In this document: positions 1 through 4,742 of the stretch, piece by piece
Position numbering within the stretch: the stretch's first letter is position 1
Layout of the letters: each line of letters opens with the position of its first letter
IMG/VR virus record: IMGVR_UViG_2740892258_000009
Length of the DNA stretch: 4,742 bases
From: a virus
Taxonomy: Duplodnaviria; Heunggongvirae; Uroviricota; Caudoviricetes
Direction: 5' to 3' (one strand)
The notes under the pieces: generated by a model
What the model saw: the letters and a program-made list of their open reading frames with translations, nothing else
Told to the model about the DNA's origin: nothing
Databases searched by the model: none
Translations under genes and position numbers: made by a program

Positions 1-325
1 ATGGATTGGGTTATGAGCCCGTCGTCCGGTGATGCTCTTCTCTGTTTTGCAAAAAAGGACGGTACCAGCCGGAAGCAAGGGTACAAACTGGTACCGCCAG
101 GACTACACACAGCATAAAGTTGTGGTGCCGGGTGCCTCCCGGTGCCTGGCGAAGGTTGCACACCAGGCGGGTGGGTATCCACAGAAGGTCGACTGTCAGC
201 CTCAACCTTAACCCGCGTGCGCTGAGCCGCATTCACCACAACGCTAAGGATTCTCTCTGGTTGAAAATACTTAGCTGTTATGTGCCTGCTTTTAGCCACA
301 TCAGGCGAGGTGGACCTGGTTATTC

Positions 326-369
326 CCCAACAACAAGGATTCGGTTAATCTGGATATCCCCAACAACAA
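326..369 (+). repeat. Two direct copies of CCCCAACAACAA, 32 bp apart, 40-80 bp upstream of the 408 start
   Basis: CCCCAACAACAA at 326..337 and 358..369, read directly. Function as a regulator-binding site is inference. Confidence 0.5.
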
Positions 370-407
370 TAAGAGTATTCAATGTGATCGCTGAATTAAC
401 GGCAGCA

Positions 408-899
408 ATGACGGCTATTCGTGAAACAGCCCAGATTGCAAAACTAATGAACGAGGCAAAAACTCAAGCTGAAGTAAATGCGGCTATTGGTGAGCTGAAC
501 TCAAAGCTTGCGTCTATTCAGCGCGAATGCGTGTCTCTCGTTGAACTGGTGGGCTCTTATCAAGAAATAAATGCTTCTCTCAAAGCTAAAATTGCAGAAT
601 TCGAAAACTTTGAGGCTCAGACGGAAGGCTATATCCTTAACCAACTTGAGTCGGGTACTTTTGTATACTCGAAGGAGGTAATCGTGAACGGTGGCAGCAT
701 AACCATGCATCTTTGCCCAAAATGTTTTGGACAAAAGATAGTATCGATACTTCAACCATTCCCGGTTAGCGAAGATGAGCTTTTTCATAAAAGCAGGTGC
801 CTCCACTGTGAAAATAAGTTTCTGATGAATAAAAATCCGGATTACGTATCGCCTCCATCCATTGAGGAGTTGTCCAGAAAACTTAACGGCAATCTGTAG
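408..899 (+). CDS. Hypothetical protein, 163 aa: N-terminal coiled-coil-like helical region plus C-terminal C4 zinc ribbon (CPKC-x24-CLHC)
   Basis: The ORF-track frame 120..899 is protein-like only from the ATG at 408 (MTAIRETAQIAKLMNEAKTQAEV...); the 96 codons upstream are Arg/Ser/Pro-rich junk. An alternative GTG start at 384 follows a weak AAGAG. Heptad-like A/L/I/E/K-rich N-terminus. Stop TAG at 897..899 is followed by a hairpin plus T-run terminator. Confidence 0.6.
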   Translation: MTAIRETAQIAKLMNEAKTQAEVNAAIGELNSKLASIQRECVSLVELVGSYQEINASLKAKIAEFENFEAQTEGYILNQLESGTFVYSKEVIVNGGSITMHLCPKCFGQKIVSILQPFPVSEDELFHKSRCLHCENKFLMNKNPDYVSPPSIEELSRKLNGNL

Positions 900-938
900 A
901 TTACTACTGTTGTGGATATCCAGATTGTTAAAGAGCTA

Positions 939-961
939 AGCGTCCTGTAGGGCGCTTTTTT
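939..961 (+). terminator. Rho-independent terminator of the 408..899 gene
   Basis: Stem AGCGTCC (939..945), loop TGTA, stem GGGCGCT (950..956, one G-U pair), then a T-run to 961, starting 40 nt after the stop codon. Confidence 0.6.
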
Positions 962-1069
962 GTTGCTAACGAATCATCCGGTCATTCATACGCCACCGGC
1001 GGCTACTTCGTGGGCGTCCTGCCTGTCCGTGATAGCTTACATTATGTTGCTACTTAAAGTAGCAAAAAT

Positions 1070-1098
1070 CAACAACAAAAAGTAGATATTTGTTGTTG
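1070..1098. repeat. 10-bp perfect inverted repeat CAACAACAAA-N9-TTTGTTGTTG; possible operator or weak AU-rich leftward terminator
   Basis: Arms at 1070..1079 and 1089..1098. On the minus-strand RNA the hairpin is followed by AUUUUUG. It shares the CAACAACAA motif with 326..369. Confidence 0.5.
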
Positions 1099-1117
1099 TC
1101 TATGATTTTTCTATAAT
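1090..1117 (+). promoter_or_regulatory. Candidate sigma70 promoter: -35 TTGTTG (1090..1095), 16-bp spacer, consensus -10 TATAAT (1112..1117)
   Basis: Perfect TATAAT hexamer in an AT-rich tract; the -35 is weak (3/6) and overlaps the right arm of the 1070..1098 inverted repeat. There is no sizeable downstream ORF, so any transcript would be a small or antisense RNA. Confidence 0.3.
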
Positions 1118-1256
1118 TAATTGAAAGTTAAATGTTTTTGCTGATTTACTATGCTGTAAACTGAAAATATCGCACGAAGTTGGAGTAGGTATTGAGCATA
1201 GTGAATTATGAGGAGGGAGTTTTTTATGAGATTAATCAGGGAGAAAGAAGAGTAAA

Positions 1257-1276
1257 GCCCGGTTATGCGGCCGGGC
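1257..1276 (-). terminator. Probable Rho-independent terminator of the ParA-like gene (leftward transcript)
   Basis: GC-only 6-bp stem GCCCGG/CCGGGC with an 8-nt loop, 8 nt past the stop at 1284..1286. On the minus-strand RNA it is followed by the U/C-rich UUUACUCUUCUUU (interrupted U-tract). Confidence 0.5.
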
Positions 1277-1283
1277 ACATGCA

Positions 1284-2360
1284 TTACTTTGTAAGTTCTA
1301 GAACTCGTTGAGCCAGCCCTTTAAATTGTTCGTTAAAGGCGTCTCTGCTTGATTTCATTGTATTTAAGGCATGCCCAAATTGCCCTGAATCGCGAATTTG
1401 CTGATCACTGATGGAGAAAACAGGTGTCGCTAGTTGTTGGCTTATTGCGATTAATGAGTTGAAATCGGAAATATGCGCAAGATCATAGGCTGATAAATCT
1501 CCACTGACTGTTGTTTTGTTAATTGCATGTTGCACTTTATCTCGTGGAATTATGCAGGTAATTTTTTCTAGATTTGGCACTAAGATCGAATCAACAGCAT
1601 CACGGATAGCTGCCATCCATTTTTCGAAAGATTTTACAGGTGCTCCTTTACGCGGCCTGTATCTCTGCTGAATCATACCTAGAAACTGCGGTGCATTTTT
1701 AATTGATTGTGAAGAGTTACCATCATTATTTTCTTTAAATAATGCTAATTCTTTGTGCCAGCGAGGTATATTTTTTGAGAGAGAGCGAATTGCTTGCCAG
1801 CAAAAAAAGTCTGGAGCTACAGGTACGATAAAATAGTCACTTGACATGAGAACTACTTCATTTAAACCTCCAACATTAGGGCTGAGATCATAAAGAATGT
1901 AATCAATATTATTCTTCATGGCGATTAGCTGTAATATTTTTGGCAGGTTCCCTGGTATATTTCTTGTAGCAGGAATACCAGCAGCAATTTTTAGAGAAAC
2001 ACTTATCTGTGAATCTAAGTCCGAAACATCTAAATGTCCGGGAAGAAGCAGAAGGTTTTCATGCAGTGTAGGGTGTAATTTTCCCGTTTCTTTTTCAAGG
2101 TATGCTTCAGGTTGTCCGCCATTAATCAAATATTCTACAATAGGTCCAAGAGTTAAGTTATCTCTGCTAGAATAAAAAGAATCTAAACCCTCATCAATCT
2201 TTTCATAGCCAAGAACCATTCCTGTTAGATTACATTGCGAATCAAGGTCAACCATCAATACTTTCTTGCCTTCATCCGCAAGTGCCCATCCAAGATTGAA
2301 GGTTGTTGTGGTTTTACTTACCCCACCTTTATGATTAAAAAAACAAATTGATTTTGTCAT
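1284..2360 (-). CDS. ParA/MinD/Soj-family deviant Walker-A P-loop ATPase with ~110-aa C-terminal extension, 358 aa; orphan (no ParB in window)
   Basis: Walker A at residues 9-18 (NHKGGVSKTT, the KGGxxK[ST] signature), DLDSQ-type A-prime motif (VLMVDLDSQCN) and a hydrophobic-Asp Walker B (IDYILYDLSP). ATG at 2360 with AAAGGA 9 nt upstream. The gene looks AT-richer than the replication gene by eye (not computed). Confidence 0.85.
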   Translation of the reverse strand: MTKSICFFNHKGGVSKTTTTFNLGWALADEGKKVLMVDLDSQCNLTGMVLGYEKIDEGLDSFYSSRDNLTLGPIVEYLINGGQPEAYLEKETGKLHPTLHENLLLLPGHLDVSDLDSQISVSLKIAAGIPATRNIPGNLPKILQLIAMKNNIDYILYDLSPNVGGLNEVVLMSSDYFIVPVAPDFFCWQAIRSLSKNIPRWHKELALFKENNDGNSSQSIKNAPQFLGMIQQRYRPRKGAPVKSFEKWMAAIRDAVDSILVPNLEKITCIIPRDKVQHAINKTTVSGDLSAYDLAHISDFNSLIAISQQLATPVFSISDQQIRDSGQFGHALNTMKSSRDAFNEQFKGLAQRVLELTK

Positions 2361-2461
2361 ATTTCTCTATCCTTTCGACCCCCAGCATATTGTAATTTAC
2401 GCTGGGTGATTATTTTATATTGTTAATGATAATGTTTAATAAAAATAAGAGAGTAAAACAA

Positions 2462-2474
2462 CTATTAGTAATAG
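2462..2474. promoter_or_regulatory. Operator-like 13-bp palindrome CTATTAgTAATAG in the cI/ParA-like spacer
   Basis: Perfect dyad apart from the centre base; same CTATT-N5-TAG architecture as the two 13-mers between cI and cro. Lies ~100 bp upstream of the ParA-like ATG in a 170-bp AT-rich spacer. Confidence 0.3.
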
Positions 2475-2530
2475 CACTTGCTTGATAAATATTATTTTTT
2501 CACCTTTAGTTCTATAGTCTAAACGAAGAA

Positions 2531-3292
2531 CTAAAGCCGGTTGTATTTAATTGATTCGTGTATCAATGCTTTGCCCATAACATAAAGTTGATCTTGGGAC
2601 TTCTCATCAATGTACCATTTCTCATAGGCTGGATTATCCGAAAGAACGGCGAGTTTGTTGCCTTGCATTTGTAGACGTTTAACGTGGAACGTCTTACCAT
2701 AAACGAAAGAGTAAACACCATCAGTTTGGAAGTTGCGAACAGAAATGTCGACAAACAGTCGATCTCCGGAAACTAGAGTAGGGGACATGCTGTCGCCATT
2801 TACAGTCATAACTTTAATATCATCTTGAGAACGATTACCGAAAAGAGAACGGGCATGCTCTGTTGTGAACTCAATGGCGTAGAGCACATCAACATAGTCT
2901 GAAAGCATATAGGTTCCAGGTCCTGCGCTAACGCTAAGATCCAAAACTTCTATCCTGTATACATCGGGTTTTGTTGGATTGGGGATGCTTGCCATTTCCT
3001 TACATCCTTCTCTCTCGCCAACACCATATTCTAAATATGAAGCTGATACCCCCAGAGCCAATGCAAGTTTATTCATGACAGAGGCACGAGGCTTCGCAGC
3101 GCCGATTGTGTATCGCCGCGCCATTTCATATGTAACGCCCACAAGACTTTTGAGTTGGGTGACAGAAATTCCCTTGTTTGTCATTAGCTCGTTTAGTCTC
3201 TTGGCGAAATCTGGATACTTCTGTTCTTCTACCATAGGTAGAAGGTTACTCGCATCACATACGCTAGTCATTTCTATTTTAAGTAGTTGCAT
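2531..3292 (-). CDS. CI-type phage repressor: N-terminal HTH plus C-terminal S24 (LexA-like) autopeptidase
   Basis: HTH segment GISVTQLKSLVGVTYEMARRYTIG; Ala-Gly cleavage dipeptide in LSVSAGPG (residues 123-124 of the 253-aa frame); catalytic Ser in VNGDSMSPT and Lys in FHVKRL, 36 residues apart. Start is uncertain: ATG at 3292, 3271 or 3235 (253, 246 or 234 aa), and the 13-mer at 3274..3286 favours 3271 or 3235. No SD before any of them, consistent with a leaderless transcript as for lambda cI. Confidence 0.9.
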   Translation of the reverse strand: MQLLKIEMTSVCDASNLLPMVEEQKYPDFAKRLNELMTNKGISVTQLKSLVGVTYEMARRYTIGAAKPRASVMNKLALALGVSASYLEYGVGEREGCKEMASIPNPTKPDVYRIEVLDLSVSAGPGTYMLSDYVDVLYAIEFTTEHARSLFGNRSQDDIKVMTVNGDSMSPTLVSGDRLFVDISVRNFQTDGVYSFVYGKTFHVKRLQMQGNKLAVLSDNPAYEKWYIDEKSQDQLYVMGKALIHESIKYNRL

Positions 3293-3333
3293 TCTGCTAT
3301 TTTAAGTAGCATCATCCCTCTGAATTTCAGAGG
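3274..3333. promoter_or_regulatory. Divergent cI/cro control region: two 13-bp direct repeats CTATTTTAAGTAG (3274..3286, 3297..3309) and a 17-bp palindrome CCTCTGAA-t-TTCAGAGG (3317..3333)
   Basis: The 13-mers are 23 bp apart and each is an imperfect dyad (CTA.TT.AA.TAG). Their reverse complements contain TAAAAT, a -10-like hexamer placed to start a leaderless cI message at the 3271 ATG. The 17-bp palindrome overlaps the cro SD (GGAG at 3331..3334). Confidence 0.5.
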
Positions 3334-3341
3334 AGAAAGGT

Positions 3342-3605
3342 ATGTCATCTCAAAACTACACAGAGAAAGCAGTAAAAGCTGCGGGAAAATCTTTATCTGA
3401 AGTAGCCCGTCACTTTGGTTTTAAGTCCACTCAATCCGTCGCTAATTGGGTAATTAACAATCAAGTCCCGTCAGAACGGGTTTTACAACTTTGTGAGTTG
3501 GGAAACTGGTCCGTGACCCCTCATGAACTGCGTCCTGATATTTACCCCAATCCAAATGATGGATTACCTGAGTGCTATTCAAAAGTTAGCGGTTCAGCTG
3601 CGTAA
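3342..3605 (+). CDS. Cro-like early repressor, YdaS-type Cro/CI-family HTH protein, 87 aa
   Basis: Divergent from cI, GGAG SD 7 nt upstream. Motifs typical of YdaS-like prophage Cro proteins (AVKAAGKSLSEVARHFGFKSTQSVANWV... LRPDIYP). Stop TAA at 3603..3605. Confidence 0.85.
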   Translation: MSSQNYTEKAVKAAGKSLSEVARHFGFKSTQSVANWVINNQVPSERVLQLCELGNWSVTPHELRPDIYPNPNDGLPECYSKVSGSAA

Positions 3606-3633
3606 ACGTAACCACAGAAACGAGGAGTTAACC

Positions 3634-4032
3634 GTGGGTAAGCATCACTGGAAAATAGAAAAACAGCCTGAGTGGTACGTGAAAGCTGTCAGAAAAACTA
3701 TCGCAGCGTTGCCGGGGGGTTACGCTGAAGCTGCTGACTGGCTGGACGTAACAGAGAACGCATTATTTAACCGCCTTCGTGCCGATGGCGATCAGATTTT
3801 CCCGCTGGGATGGGCAATGGTTTTACAGCGTGCTGGTGGTACCTCTCAATTTCGAAGCTGCAGGAGCATGCAGCACTGGTCTACAAAATCTTTTGTGTTT
3901 CAGAAAGTAATGACGCCCGCGAGTGTGCAGCTCCGGGCGTCGTGGCGTCGATTGCTTCTGGTTGTGGAGAAACTAACGCATGAACAGTTTAACAACACAC
4001 TACCGTCGCTCGCAACTGTGTGGAGAAACTAA
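3634..4032 (+). CDS. cII-position early regulator, as present truncated by a frameshifting 56-bp tandem duplication (probable pseudogene or altered C-terminus)
   Basis: GTG at 3634 follows a strong SD GAGGAG (3622..3627, 6-nt spacer), in the frame of track ORF 3523..4032. ATGs at 3523 and 3556/3559 overlap cro and lack an SD. The frame stops at TAA 4030..4032 inside copy 2 of the duplication. Assignment to a CII/YdaT-like family rests on gene position plus a loose resemblance and is unverified. Confidence 0.55.
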   Translation: MGKHHWKIEKQPEWYVKAVRKTIAALPGGYAEAADWLDVTENALFNRLRADGDQIFPLGWAMVLQRAGGTSQFRSCRSMQHWSTKSFVFQKVMTPASVQLRASWRRLLLVVEKLTHEQFNNTLPSLATVWRN

Positions 4033-4074
4033 CGCATGAACAGTTTAACAACACACTACCGTCGCTCGCAACTG
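3963..4074 (+). repeat. Perfect 56-bp direct tandem duplication (3963..4018 = 4019..4074)
   Basis: Base-by-base identity of TGTGGAGAAACTAACGCATGAACAGTTTAACAACACACTACCGTCGCTCGCAACTG in two adjacent copies; flanking bases differ. 56 is not a multiple of 3. Confidence 0.95.
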
Positions 4075-4374
4075 ATTGCGCTTCCTGTACCGGGTGGAAA
4101 AGCGAAGGTGGAGTATTGCTATGCAGTAAATGTACCAGGTGACAGGGAAATTGTAACCCACAGCTTTGCTGAGTGGGCTGTGGGTGATTTCAACCGGCAG
4201 AAGGAGACAGTCCTTTGCGACAAGTTAACCGCTGGTTCAAAGATCACTACGGAGTGCCCGTCAGAGTCATTCGTTGGGAACCGGAAACACAACGTGTTAT
4301 CTACCTCCGCGAAGGCTATGAGCATGAGTGCTTCAGCCCGCTCGAACAGTTTCGTCGTAAATTCAGGGAAATAG
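4036..4374 (+). CDS. Hypothetical protein, 112 aa (track ORF); may be an artefact of the frameshift
   Basis: ATG lies inside copy 2 of the duplication with only a distant GGAG (10-nt spacer). Product is Ser-rich with no motif I recognise. Mutually exclusive with the 4215..4394 model. Confidence 0.3.
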   Translation: MNSLTTHYRRSQLIALPVPGGKAKVEYCYAVNVPGDREIVTHSFAEWAVGDFNRQKETVLCDKLTAGSKITTECPSESFVGNRKHNVLSTSAKAMSMSASARSNSFVVNSGK

Positions 4375-4394
4375 AGGTCGGTCATGAGCACTAA
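4215..4394 (+). CDS. Alternative small ORF, 59 aa, TTG start; hypothetical
   Basis: Not in the ORF track. AAGGAG at 4201..4206, 8-nt spacer, TTG at 4215. Product (L/M)[58 protein letters not shown] uses preferred CGT/CGC Arg codons; stop TAA 4392..4394 overlaps the replication gene start by 11 nt. Confidence 0.3.
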   Translation: MRQVNRWFKDHYGVPVRVIRWEPETQRVIYLREGYEHECFSPLEQFRRKFREIEVGHEH

Positions 4395-4742
4395 ATTAAC
4401 CGGCTATGTATGGGATGGTTGCGCTGCATCAGGCATGAAATTATCCAGCGTGGCAATTATGGCCCGCCTGGCTGATTTCAGTAATGACGAAGGTGTGTGC
4501 TGGCCATCAATTGAAACCATTGCCCGCCAGATTGGCGCGGGGATGAGTACCGTCAGAACGGCTATCGCACGGCTGGAAGCAGAAGGCTGGTTAACGCGTA
4601 AGGCGCGTCGCCAGGGTAACCGCAATGCGTCGAATGTTTATCAGCTTAACGTTGCGAAGCTTCAGGCAGCGGCATTTTCTCAACTGTCAGATTCTGACCC
4701 GTCAAAATCTGACGCATCAAAATCTGACGCATCAAAATCTGA
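4384..4742 (+). CDS. Phage replication initiation protein (lambda O-like), N-terminal HTH DNA-binding domain; partial, runs past the window end
   Basis: ATG at 4384 with AGAGG SD 6-7 nt upstream; open to the window edge. [70 protein letters not shown] matches the N-terminal HTH pattern of phage O-like initiators. Position after cro and the cII-position gene matches lambdoid order. Confidence 0.8.
   Translation, partial: MSTKLTGYVWDGCAASGMKLSSVAIMARLADFSNDEGVCWPSIETIARQIGAGMSTVRTAIARLEAEGWLTRKARRQGNRNASNVYQLNVAKLQAAAFSQLSDSDPSKSDASKSDASKS
4687..4742 (+). repeat. 15-bp tandem repeats TCAAAATCTGACGCA inside the replication gene; candidate origin iterons
   Basis: One degenerate copy (4687..4701, 11/15 matches), two perfect copies (4702..4716, 4717..4731) and a truncated copy to the window edge. 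In frame, encoding SDSDP-SKSDA-SKSDA-SKSD. The repeat is certain; the iteron role is inference. Confidence 0.8.

Noticed and set aside
11-232. Track ORFs 11..232 (minus) and 29..211 (plus), and a 38-codon frame running from position 1 to a TAA at 115..117
   Set aside because: Overlapping each other in a GC-rich tract, low-complexity, no RBS and no recognisable motif. The window beginning with ATG is most likely coincidence.
1-400. tRNA or tmRNA integration target at the left end
   Set aside because: No T-loop-like GTTCGAATC/GTTCAAATC motif or acceptor-stem pattern found by eye on either strand; not excluded without a tRNA scan.
120-407. 5-prime extension of track ORF 120..899 (MWCRVPPGAWRRLHTRR...)
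   Set aside because: Arg/Ser/Pro-rich and low-complexity with no RBS; the frame becomes protein-like only at the ATG at 408 (or GTG 384). Treated as upstream non-coding sequence that happens to be open.
501-806. Antisense ORF (101 aa) inside the 408..899 gene
   Set aside because: Fully embedded antisense to a better-supported CDS; no RBS or motif.
1208-1255. Micro-ORF MRREFFMRLIREKEE as a type I toxin or leader peptide
   Set aside because: Too short and too hydrophilic for known type I toxins, and no downstream gene for a leader to attenuate. Kept only as part of the intergenic-region finding because of its perfect SD.
1918-2175. Antisense ORF (85 aa) inside the ParA-like gene
   Set aside because: Embedded opposite the ATPase frame, which carries clear Walker motifs; Cys/Arg/Ser-rich product.
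2504-2536. Inverted repeat at the cI stop as a classical intrinsic terminator
   Set aside because: On the cI (minus-strand) transcript the hairpin is followed by an A-rich, not U-rich, tract, so it does not fit the canonical model; kept only as a possible attenuator or binding site.
2563-3305. Track ORFs 2563..2754 (minus, alternative frame) and 2979..3305 (plus, antisense) within the cI region
   Set aside because: Both overlap the repressor CDS, whose frame contains the HTH, Ala-Gly and Ser/Lys motifs; the 2979..3305 ORF would also run through the operator region.
3523-3633. ATG 3523 or 3556/3559 as the start of the cII-position gene
   Set aside because: These overlap the cro 3-prime end by 47-83 nt and lack an SD, whereas the GTG at 3634 has a consensus GAGGAG at ideal spacing. 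Not fully excluded.
4119-4625. Minus-strand ORFs 4119..4391 (90 aa) and 4404..4625 (73 aa)
   Set aside because: Antisense to the plus-strand early operon (cro, cII-position gene, O-like gene), which is uniformly rightward in lambdoid phages; 4404..4625 lies inside the well-supported replication gene. No RBS evidence.
4687-4742. 15-bp tandem repeats as a CRISPR array
   Set aside because: Units abut with no spacers, are only 15 bp, are in frame inside a CDS, and there is no cas context; iterons or a repeat linker fit better.

Overview
This 4.7-kb window reads as the immunity/early-control region of a temperate lambdoid-type prophage (Enterobacteriaceae-like), with one unusual accessory gene. 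The core is a LexA-like CI repressor (HTH plus S24 peptidase, minus strand, 2531..3292) facing a divergent YdaS-type Cro-like gene (3342..3605) across a short operator region. Downstream on the plus strand are a cII-position early regulator (from 3634), then the start of an O-like replication initiator (4384 to the window end) carrying 15-bp iteron-like tandem repeats. The most interesting feature is an orphan 358-aa ParA/MinD-like ATPase with a C-terminal extension (1284..2360, minus strand), sitting directly downstream of cI where lambda carries rexAB. It is flanked convergently by a coiled-coil/zinc-ribbon protein gene (408..899). A perfect 56-bp tandem duplication (3963..4074) frameshifts the cII-position gene. 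Other signals are terminators, operator-like palindromes, a recurring CAACAACAA motif and a structured intergenic region with a consensus -10. The first ~400 bp have no supportable CDS. All calls come from reading the sequence and ORF track by eye; no database search or computation was run, and family names are motif-based inferences.
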